Below are positions 10,748 to 21,636 of a stretch of 64,000 nt of DNA, piece by piece. Below the pieces are notes generated by a model. The model did no database searches, was not told the origin of the DNA, and was given only the letters and a program-made list of their open reading frames with translations. Each line of letters starts with the position of its first letter. Positions within the stretch are counted from its first letter, which is position 1. The position numbers and the translations under genes are program-made. Source of the DNA: Salisapilia sapeloensis CBS 127946 (Eukaryota > Protista > Oomycota); contig JAADVB010000067.1 of NCBI GenBank assembly GCA_023334545.1, forward strand, positions 1 through 64,000, given 5' to 3'.

Positions 10748-12974
10748 GACAAGGGGTCAATTCAGTCTTAGTCGGCCAGATTGGAGAATGGAGTGGGCCG
10801 ACTGCCACCTCATCTCGACCGTGGCGACGTGACAGATGGAGGGCAGATGGAGCTCGCCTTTTCTTTTTACGTATGCTCTCGCGATCAGTTTCAGGTTTGG
10901 GAAGACAGATGGGCCGGAGCGCACAGGCTGGATGCGCAAGGATTATCTCCAGCGCATGAGTCTTAGGGATGAATGGCTCTGCTGGGGTGATTCGGAATCA
11001 TGCGCTGACGAGTAATGCAATATACGTAGTTGTGTACGGACTTTCACGAACATATTGGAGGCTTGGGCGCTGTGAGCCAGAAGCAAAGGTAGACTGACTG
11101 GTCGACACGTCGCGATGCCTCGTTTGACTCAGCCACCTAATATTTACGAAGTCTACGCTGTTGCAAACTTTTGTCAAATGTACAAGATGACTGTACTCGA
11201 TGCATTTAGTCTTGGGACGTTGCTTATTGCTCGTACGAGAGAATGCACGGCCGAAGGATCAACGAGTATAATTTTAGCAAAAACAAGTGTGCACAGCTCC
11301 TGGGAGTCTGATGAATAGCAAGCAGTTTCAGTCTAGAAATGAACAATATAGCTCTTTTCGTAGTCGATATCAAGCAAGCAATGTTGTTGATTGTTCGAGT
11401 GAATGCTTGTGCGTGTAAACGAGAGCCAGGTGCACGTACACGTGGTTGAGGCTTGGATGCTTGGTAGAAACTATGAGGTTGACGAGCACATCTATGCTGA
11501 CCCATGGACTCAGCGCATCGACTCATGATCATTTGATGTTTGCGGTGTCCTGGACTGTTGTACTGCATTGTGACTTGAGAATCTACTGTCATATGAGCAG
11601 AAGAGCTCCTTAAACCCTTTTAAAATGTGACTTGAAGTGAAGACCTCAAGAGAACCTTCAACAACGAAAGTATCACCCGCTATGACTTGTTGAGTGCAGA
11701 AAAGTTCAGCCGCATCAGGCTGCAGCACCCGATTTTGTTTGACGGGTGGATTGAATAGCAGGAGAACATACGAAACACAAGATCATAGAGAGTGTGGGAA
11801 GTGGCACCCATATTTAGGTTACCGGTAATGTACGTCTTTAGTATCGGTCGGAAATTAGACTCCTGTGCTTTCTCAGCACTGGAAGCAATCTGGAGTGGAT
11901 CGAACTTTTACATATGTAGGATAGAGAGAAAAGAAGATTGTATTTAGAACGAACTGTCGACTGCAAGATCTCACGTGACGGTGACATCAACGTCTATGCG
12001 TCCTAAATTGGACAGTCGTCTTTTTTGTTGCCGGCGTGGTCACAACGAGGGAATTTGCACGTTCCACATGGGTACATCGATCGTCTTCCGATGCAATGGC
12101 AACGCTGGAAAGGCAGTATATTGGCGTTGGATCAAGCGATCGACTTACTCTGTATTACGGTATGCACGAGCACATTAAGGAATGAGTCTAGCGTCTGGTC
12201 TATTCGCTTATTGTCCCGGCAGTCCTAGATGAATGAGTTATCCGTACGCAAACAAGGGTGCTAAGCCAATATGCTTGAAGAATTTGAATACATCACAAAA
12301 GAATACCGCCCGATATATTACATTGTCCTCGTGCTTTGCATATGCGACCATTTTGTGGCTTTCTCGCCAACACCATGACCAGATTTTACAAAGGATAAGC
12401 TATTTGTTTGGAGGATATACTTTAAATTGTCTGACAACACAACTACCTTGTCATTTGCAGCTCAAGAAGGATGGGATTAGATCTTATTCCCTCGCAAGTT
12501 ACAAAGATGCCTCAAATTGAAGAATGGGAAGGCGTAATGCGGTCTGCAAGGCGTGTTTCTATTTCCGTGTCGTCTAGATTCATAGTCTTCAGCAGTTTTA
12601 TCCTGGCCTCTCTGCATCTATGAATATCATTCGCTCACGTGCTGCCAAAGTAGATATAGACTGAGAACGACATCAGACATTCACGAGCAACAGCATGCTC
12701 AATTGCATTGCTCGCTTTCCTGTCTGGCGTAAGTTACCGTATCTTGTGTAAGGCAAGACAAAAGCGACAGGAGGGTGGTATGCAAAGCACGCAAGCAATT
12801 TTTCTCGCCGCATCGTCTCCACCAAGGAAATTGCAATTGTGCCTACATGTCATTTTCGAAATTGTATGCTGGCACTGGCAATGCATCCATGACGACGCAG
12901 GGGACAGCAGACGCGTATTAAGGGTTTCACCTCTCGGATAAGAAGGCTGAATGCAAGCATGTTGCGATGATTCT

Positions 12975-14399
12975 CGTCCATGAAGTACTCAGACATTATT
13001 AAAAGTTTGATTGCTCAGTACTGCGAAAGATGGAGGAAAGACACTATAAGCCGACAAAGTCAGCTAGCAATGTGACCATGTATCGTGAGTGAAAGCCACC
13101 TCGACGTGTGGTGAAAGATTCATACACAGACAGTGCTGGCTGACAATGTCCCGTGTCGTGATCGGCAATGGTACAATCTCAAACAATACCGATGACCTCT
13201 CATTCGGTCTTGTGGACGGTGATAACGCAGCACTTTTGCAAAATGTGGGTAACTCCGGATCACCGACAACGTATTGTCAAATTCTCTCGACGATTGAGAA
13301 GCCAAGTCTGGAGCATCCGTATCGTTGTACTGTTCTTCAATGGAATTCTAGTACTCCTAGCCAAGCATTCTGTGGTGTCGTCAAGGACCGAGACGGTGTT
13401 TACATTCGAGCGAATGGACTTCTTCAAGTCGATAAAGACGAGCGTATTGGATATTATCTCCTGCATTCAATAGACCTTACGACCATTCCACCGCTTGCAA
13501 GAAGAGGCATCATAAGGTCACATATTTTTTGTGTTCTTCTTTTTAAGCCCGTTACGAATCAATCGGTAGAGGTGTTTATCAAGGAATACTATGAATTACC
13601 AGGAAACAACCTTCTCGATTCTATTGCGGTCGTCGTTGTGGCCAATGTACTCATGGACACTTGGACATCCATTCAATCTGCGAAACAAAAGAAACTTTCG
13701 TGGCTTCTTCAGAGGAAAAGTGTGCAAAGGAGTATGCCATGAGTTTGATTGACATGAGCGAAGTTGGAAGCAATTCCGAGTGTCAGTCTTGCAAAAAGCG
13801 ATTTGGTCCTCTACATAAGGCTTTTCTCTGCACTCTACGTGATGCATCAGTCTGTAAAACATGTTCTCCCCATCTACTTAACGGACGTCATTCCTAGACT
13901 GAAACTAGTGACCAAGAAGACTCGGCTCTGTCCTACTTGCAACCAAATTGTTAGTCAAGTCAGCTCGTACAAAGTTGCTCGATAAGAAATCTGAGCTGGG
14001 CGATATAGAAAAGATGGCAGTAGGTCTACTGTTATAGAACTATCTAGGATCTCTCAGCTAACGGAAGATTCGAGCGATTTGCACGGTAAAGAAACATGTG
14101 CTGGTGAAGTCTATGAATTAGGCCCGAATCAACGTAGCCCTTCGACGAAAGGCACACTGAGCGCATTCGCCTAGTTCACATCATCCAGCAACACTGCTCA
14201 GATGATTGAACATGAAAGAAAATCCACGGAGCAAGATCTTGTGGTACAAAGTGGTCCCAATGATGAAGAGGAAGTGGCCACTCTAATTGAAAAGATATGG
14301 AGGGGTAGCATTTCGGAACTTAGTTTAAATGATCAAGAACGTGATCGGCAATTGGTGTGGCTGAAGATGACGGAGCCAGGACTTCGTCAGGATGACTAG
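12975..14399 (+). pseudogene. START-like + FYVE zinc-finger pseudogene
   Basis: Family-like segments lie in different frames: YKPTKSASNVTMYRE*K; GTISNNTDDLSFGL; RDGVYI...IGYYLLHSID...RRGIIRS; CQSCKKRFG..FLCTLR..VCKTCS; LCPTCNQ..YKVAR*EI*AG; RQLVWLKM. At least 3 frameshifts, stops at 13090, 13983 and 13992, and a FYVE Cys position read as CGT (13838). The 5' boundary is approximate. Confidence 0.75.
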
Positions 14400-15008
14400 A
14401 TCACTGGCAGATCGAAAAGAGAAAAGTTTGGATGTTTAAATCGTAGTTCAATTGCATCAAAATTGATATTACGGGCGATAGACGTTGTTAAGATTGACTT
14501 TGGCCATTATACCTTTATCTGTGGGGTTTCCCCGGTCTAGCTACTATTCATGTCTCGATATACCGAAATAAACTCCATCCAGCATCTTTGTCTGTGGCTT
14601 TTGTCATTCGATAGTCGGTACTTTCGAGATTTGACTTATGGCTTCGGTTATGGTCTTTAGAGTGTGCTACTTTCCGTGTGTAATGGAGTTATTGTTGTGC
14701 AGGTTAAGCTTTATACAATAACTTTAGGTTTCGAGCATACACATTTTAAATAATTTATTTTTTGCATTAAAGTATTTATCATTTTGTGAATGTGGGATAT
14801 GCTCGTGCAAACGCTTTTGCCCGATGAATGAAGCTTCAAAACACCATTTGCAAGAAGTATCATGTGAAGATATATGTAAAATGTCTTTTTGGTCATGCGA
14901 AGATAATCATCGAAAGAATTTACACTTTCAAGCAAGTAAACAAATTATACATTTAGCAACGAATCCTGCTTATGTGAGCTTATTGGTTAGAAGATATTGC
15001 AAATGCAA

Positions 15009-15653
15009 TTACTCTGTTGATTGCCTGAAAGCTTTTTTAAAGTTTTCAATTACTTGGCTTTGTTGCTCGATCATCAATCGCATCCACTTGCCTTGCTCAG
15101 TAGCTTTGTCCAGCTCAATCTTGTAGTCACTCGCAATTTCCTTCCATCGCTTTAGTGCTATAGTTGGATAGCCAGCTGAGTCCTGGTGATTCTGTTTTCG
15201 GAGCTGGATAAGCTCATCTTCCAATTTTCGCGTCTCTTTTCTAAGATGCTCCAATTCAAGGACGTGAGGTCGCTTTTTATAAGGAGTTTTCAAAGACGTA
15301 TTGCTCTGATTACGACTTTTTCGTTTACATGATGCCTTTTTGTTTGCTGAGCCTCTTGCCGTGCTTTTGGAGGTACTACGAGAAGCGGATGAATTATCAT
15401 TCACTCGCGGTTGTTTGACGTTAAGAGGCAGCGGGTCTGAAGTTGTTGAAATTTCATTCGAATCGGCAATTCTTGGGGTGCCGAATGGTAGTTCGAGAGG
15501 GGTAGCGAGTAGGGGGCCGTTTTCACAAGCAGATATATCGTCATCGTTGGCATTCATCATGAGTAGGTCTAAAACTTCAGTGTCCACATCAGACAAGCCA
15601 AGGCTATCTTGGGAAATGTTGGATGGGGAAGCAGGGTATGCACGGTTATTCAT
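15009..15653 (-). CDS. M96-like short protein (basic region + coiled coils, no recognisable START domain)
   Basis: KKRPHVLELEHLRKETRKLEDELIQLRK...WKEIASDYKIELDKATEQGKWMRLMIEQQ. FPR-like GCACTCGCAAATTTGC lies ~15 nt upstream of the ATG. A donor-like GTAATT at the 3' end means a downstream exon cannot be excluded. Confidence 0.7.
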   Translation of the reverse strand: MNNRAYPASPSNISQDSLGLSDVDTEVLDLLMMNANDDDISACENGPLLATPLELPFGTPRIADSNEISTTSDPLPLNVKQPRVNDNSSASRSTSKSTARGSANKKASCKRKSRNQSNTSLKTPYKKRPHVLELEHLRKETRKLEDELIQLRKQNHQDSAGYPTIALKRWKEIASDYKIELDKATEQGKWMRLMIEQQSQVIENFKKAFRQSTE

Positions 15654-16401
15654 CTACTCTAGGAAGCAAATTTGCGAGTGCAGTAAACATGAAAAGAACT
15701 CTTTGTAGCATTCATCTGCGGGTTGGACAGAATTGTGTCTATAAACAATAGATTGAATACATAGAATACTAAGCGGACCTGTTGGACACTAAAGCGTTTC
15801 GTATCGTTTCTTGTGGGGATATACGTTGCCTTTTGTTTCATAGTTGAAGCACATTTGATCGATGAGCAACAAAACCACTACCATGCTGCTTCATGATACA
15901 GTACAATCGACATTTGAAATGGATAGTCATCCAATGTTATGTGTTTCGTGGCCATATGGGTAGATTGTGCACCTTACTGTAATACTACCGGATATATCCT
16001 TGCACAAGTCGTGGATTACTGCTTGGATCGTAAGTTTTCATCCTTTTGCAAAAGAAGTCGTGGACGAATGATAATCAGCTGATATGGTGACAGTATCCAT
16101 ATCTACAGTGTATACGCATGACACGACAGATAGCTACATGTACATTCCACCCTTGATTAAGTGGCTCTTGCTACATTTTTAGATCGGATAAGGTTTAGAC
16201 TGAGCTCATTTCGCAAAGTGATCTACCAATGAGGCGACAGGTGAAGATATTTTCATCGCCACATAAGAAACCGAGACTCCGTGTGTACTCGTCCGTTCAC
16301 GGTCAATGGCAAGCTCAAGCCTTATTCATTCCTCTTTAGTCAATAGCTCTAGATCGGCTTCGACACATCGTAGACAGACATCTTCTGCTTCATACAACCA
16401 A

Positions 16402-18269
16402 ATGGGTAAGCTTGTGTCTTTATGCCGTATGAAGGTGTAACCGCTTACCATATTTAAAACGTAGTACCTGTCCGTGTGCCGTTTTCATCAAGACAGACGA
16501 GAGCACCAACTGTACTGAGCAACAACAGCGACGATTTACCATCTTCAAACACTCGTCAAAGTAGCTTGCGTTCATCTGAGCTTCGATCCAGTTTGGCTCG
16601 CACGCATCCGCTAGGTGCTCCATCTAATCCATCGACGAGTAGTAGGGAACAAGTTTCGCTGCCAGAATCAGTTACTCCGGCTTATTCGATCGAATCTAGT
16701 GGTGCTTTATCCCGATCTTCATCACGCCGTGTTATGGGAGCAAGTTCGTCAGTTGTAGCCCCTTCGCACACTTTACGCCAGAGCAGTCGGGTCGATAACT
16801 ATGCATGTGAAGAGGGTGAGCAGAGTAACCAACTGTCGACACGAGACGAGTTGCCTCCATTGTCGAATAGCAGTCTTACCTTGAGTGTGCGATCACAATG
16901 CTCGAGTGATGCAATAACGTCTTCTAATGAGAAGCGAAATGAACGGGATTCACCAAAGGGATTAGTTGGACTACAGAACCTGGGAAATACCTGGTACGTA
17001 CAATCTACATTAATATGACATGCAAATACTGATAACTTGCGAATGGTGAACGTATAGCTATATGAACAGTTGTCTACAATGCATCAGCAATCTTCCCTCA
17101 CTTGTGGAATACTGCACATCTGACAGATACACTAATGATATCAATCCCAAGAGCGCATCGAAAGGGACATTAATGGGGTATGGATTTACCACAGCATGTC
17201 ACTATCTTATAATATGTGTTGATAGATTTTTTGTATTCATATAGGATCTTTGGAAACTTGCTGAAGACACTTTGGTCAAAGGATGGGCCTTCGTCAACAC
17301 GACCGACGGATCTGAAATCGGCCATCGGGAAGGCGTCTCGTCGGTTTGCCAAGTACGATCAGCAAGACGCTCAAGAATTTCTTCGCTTCTTGCTCGATGA
17401 ATTGCATGAAGATGTCAATCGGATTCGAGAGAAACCTGTATATAAAGAACTCAAAGATGAACCAGATGCAAGCGATCGTGACGTCTCAGAACAGTACTGG
17501 CAGAACTACATTGAACGCAACTCGAGCTTGTTCTCAGACCTATTTTGCGGTCAGCTCAAGTCTGAAATTCGATGCGCTACTTGCAATCATCGATCCATTT
17601 GCTTTGACACGTTCTGGGATCTTTCGATTCCTTTGCCAAAGAAATCTAAAAGGCCAGGGATGAGAATGACAAGCACTTTGCAGTCACGTCGTCCGACGCC
17701 ATCCATATCAGCGGGAAGTGACAGTGATAGGAGTTCATCGGCACTTGGCAGCACTCTCCAAGATTGTCTTCGCATGTACACTGAACAAGAATCATTAGAA
17801 GAAGATGACGGTTATTACTGCTCAAGGTGTAAGACGCATCGCGCCGTGTCCAAGCAGATTGCACTCTATAGATTACCTTCGGTTCTAGTGCTTCATTTAA
17901 AACGATTTTCCTACTCTACTTTCAGTCGAGACAAGGTTACGACAGCTATTAACATCCCAGTCAAATCTCTCGACCTCGCCGACTATTGTGCTCAAGATGC
18001 TATTATCGACACAGGGAGTCTGTATGACCTGACTGGAATTGTACATCACATGGGGACATTAAACGGTGGACACTATACAGCGTGCGTACACCACTAAATA
18101 ATATTTGTATTTCCAGGTAAACTTACTTTGTATTTGCTACAGTGAATGCTTGAACAGTGATACGAACGACTGGTACGACTTTAACGATGCATCCGTATCT
18201 TGGGTCAAAACGCCGCACGTATCGAGTGGTAGCCCATATATTCTCTTCTACAAACGAAGGGAAGCATAA
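16402..18269 (+). CDS. Ubiquitin-specific protease (peptidase C19, USP2/8-like), 5 exons
   Basis: Spliced Cys box GLQNLGNTC|YMNSCLQC, QQDAQEFL, C-x2-C pairs (CATC, CSRC), LHLKRF, His box HHMGTLNGGHYTA|ECL and WYDFND..PYILFY. Exons 16402-16405, 16465-16993, 17058-17177, 17245-~18080 and ~18142-18269. Confidence 0.93.
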
Positions 18270-18376
18270 TTACAGCATTGTCTAGTATCTTAAATTGTGC
18301 ATAGTACTTGTGAGGCAATAGAAACCTTTCTTTGAATACATCGACACGGCATCTCCTTCCCAATATCTATACGCTT

Positions 18377-21300
18377 CTATGAAAATGACCTCGCACTGTC
18401 CTCCGCTTCATTGAGTGCGCATCCTTTGTCCTGGATGGCCCTTGCACCCTGCCAAGCATTGCTCTCTATTTTGTTGCTATGCATAAACGCTGTTTTTCGT
18501 TTTCGCAGACTACTCCACGTAGCAAGCTGCCAAGCCTGGAGGCACGTTGTAAGAGTAACTTTCTCATATTCGCACAAAACTCGCGGCGAAGTATCTATTG
18601 CTTGTGCCCATCGCCAAAACGCTAAGCTTACATTCACATTATCTGCTGTGTATTGCCACAACGCATAAGCCACCTGTCTGCGCTTTGTAAGCTGTATGAA
18701 TGCCTTCAAGATTCTACGTTTTAGTATTTCATTTTGCTTTCTTTCCAAACTCAGCATCTTCTGTTGGACATTGAAAGCGTTCTGCCACGCACTAAAAGCC
18801 TTGCGTCCTAGCGTCGACCACGTCAGACAAGCTTGAATACGGCTGCATTGCTTATTCTTGGTAATTGTGCGAAGCCACCCGTCCCACACAGCTCGGTATT
18901 GGTAACTCTGGTGAAAAGAGATAGCTTTGTATGTTTCACATCGAATACGCAGAGTGCGTGTTACATGGATCTTCCATTTGCTCACGGATCTTTTCGCAGC
19001 TGTGGTGTCATAGTGTGTTTGAGCTGAACGCTGGTTTGCTTTGATATGCCAGTGAGATACCAGTGCCTGCCATGACCTTTTAATAAGACACGTACGATAC
19101 CGTTGGTCTGCAATGTAAACGACGCCTACTGTTTGGTATTCAAGTGCGTGGAAATAGGATTGAAGTGTTCGAGTGCGATGGTGGGCTAGTGCCAGTCGCA
19201 GTCGACAGCTTTCTTCCTGCTGTGCCTGCCAGGCCTTAAGTGAATGCAAAAGTAGCTTTGTGCTTCTCCGCTTTACGATAAGTTCTCGAGCTTCTGCATA
19301 TCGCAGACATTTGGCTGACCAAATGTGTGAAAAGAAGTACTGCAGCTGTCGGTATCGATGCTTGGACGTGACAACTTGAGCACGCTGTTCCAAGCTGCGA
19401 TAGATGCTCAAGTTTTGAACCCAAAGTAGCAGTGCATGCTTCGATAGAGCACGATGGAGGTGGCGAATGGCTTCATGCCGACATCGACTATGTCTTATAC
19501 GTGCCTTCCATGAAAGAATGACTGTTTCTAGTCTCCAAGTTATTTTCTTTTCCAAGCATGCTCTCCACATTTGAAGAGCACAAGACTGAAGTCTACCCTC
19601 ATATCGTGAGGCAACCTCTTTCCGTCTAGATTCTAATTGTATGTTTTCATGTTTAAGATGCGGTATCCATCGACATCGTATACTTCTTTGAACAAAGTAA
19701 TTCGTAGCTTCTTGCTGACGCTTTCTCTTTTCTTGTCGTGCTAATTTATATGTGCGCCATGTCTGAAAGCAAGAAGCTGTCCTAGCTCGCTTATGAAATG
19801 CTGCTTTCCGTTGATAAAAGTTTGCTATGCATCTGCTTGTAGCGGACAAGCTTCGCCACTGATTGATTCCATTGCATATCTGTCGACGGAGCTGATAATA
19901 TGTGAAATCCTCTACCATGCATGTCAACCTAAGAGACCATTGAATCTCTAAAGTAAACGTCTTCCATATCCGTCGTAGTCTCCGCTCTTTTAACTTGCTT
20001 TGAAAGTATTTTATACGCTGCAATCTTGAAAATTCCAAGCACCATGGATCCCACGCATATGTGTGAAGAAGATAGCGCGAATGGATCTTTTCTACTTTCA
20101 GTTTATACAGGCGAGCTCGACAAGTTGATTTCGAGCGATATTGCCAATTGATGAGCCTCTGCTTTGCTGTCCATAATAAGAGCATTCGTTCTTGATAATG
20201 TAGATGCTCTACGTAGTCATGCCATCGCACCCATAGCCTTCTTTTATACAGTCGGAAGAGAATTTTCTACATTAAGGCATTTCAGAGGTCGATTTTAAGC
20301 GCATTGGAGAAAAATGGAGCTTACTTTCAGTTTGTGTTGCCGGTGGATGCGGCCTTCAAACTGTCTTTGCCAATATCGAAGAGCTCGAAGCGCCAGGTTG
20401 CGTTTATATAAATTCTCGACTAGCTTTCGTCCTTCATGATACCGTCGATACTGTAGGATCATTACAATCCATGAGTCGAACGTCCTAGCTAGTAAATGCT
20501 GGTTACTCCAGTTGATGGCAAATTTCACTTGTCTCTCGCCATCAGCGTAAGTATTCCAAGCATTAAATATAAAACGTAGTTGTTGCTGCTTTCTTTCGCT
20601 TATCCACTGCTCCAGGACATTTCGTTCGTTTCTACATATCTCGATAGCCATCTTAAGTCGACGAAATAGGAAAAACTTGAACGCATGCGTTGCCAATCCC
20701 ATCTCGCGTAAGTAGTCGGCGTGTAAAAGGATAGACTTTCTCCAATAACGTAGGCCTCGAATGCACAATAGCCTTTGCTGCATGACGCGATAGGCTTTGT
20801 ACCGACGGCGAAAGATAGAGTACCATGCCCAAGAAACCAATATGGTCTGTAACTTCCTCCATCTAGCTCTGTTCTGAAGCGAGCGATACCGATGACTAAA
20901 TACACACCTACGCAGCCAAGTTTCCACAACGTATTCCAGCCACTTTTGTCTTTGTATGGATTGTAAGAGGACAGATTTGTCGTGCAATTCCCGTCGAGAT
21001 CGAGAGTATAGTCCCCACGTCGATACCACCCGACCGCAAACTCTCTTCCGATGGAAGCCTTGTGCCATCAGCTTTATGCTGCTAGTTCTGATCTTGATCA
21101 TAATACACAACTTCCACGCACTAAATACCGTCTGAAGAGTGTTTTTCCGTGAAGCTTGATCTGTGCACGAATCGTGCCGATTACTATCACTTGGTATTCG
21201 AAAAAGCGGTAACGCTTCTCGCTTGTCATTATATAGATCTTGAGCCGAGTTTTTACCTCTTTTAGTTGACGGTATTGCATGGACATTTGGAATGTATATA

Positions 21301-21485
21301 TTTGATAGCAGTGCATCCACCTTGGCAAGAGAGGAGGACCGTGTTGACACTTTCGATTTCTTATGCTTCAATACATTATTTCGTGATACGTTTTCATCAC
21401 GTTCATTACACAAGCTTTGCAATTCTTGTTTTGCATCAACCAATTCCTGCTCCAAACCGCTGAGGAGGTTCTGAAGTCTCGACAT
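18377..21485 (-). CDS. Sfi1-like centrin-binding repeat protein (~1000 aa, 2 exons; intron 20324-20267)
   Basis: About 20 helical repeats ending in Trp (LQTVFSAWK, LRFIFNAWN, LARTFDSWI, LRALRYWQ, LHSLKAWQ, RKAFSAWQ). The GT-AG intron joins ORFs 20295-21485 and 18377-20230 in frame. Confidence 0.7.
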
Positions 21486-21592
21486 GGCATCGAAGCAGAT
21501 ATCACCGTGTCGTTCTTTAAAGGTCGTGTTAGACGACCTCTCCTGTGATTCGCTCTAAGGACACCCAGCTCGAATTTGATTCGCGGAAAAAC

Positions 21593-21604
21593 TTTTGGCG
21601 CCAA
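21593..21604. promoter_or_regulatory. E2F-like palindromic site in a bidirectional promoter
   Basis: TTTTGGCGCCAA contains TTTSSCGC. It lies 33 nt upstream of the MCM7 ATG and ~110 nt upstream of the Sfi1-like ATG. Confidence 0.5.
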
Positions 21605-21636
21605 TTTTGACACTAAAATATATAAGCTCCGAGAGG

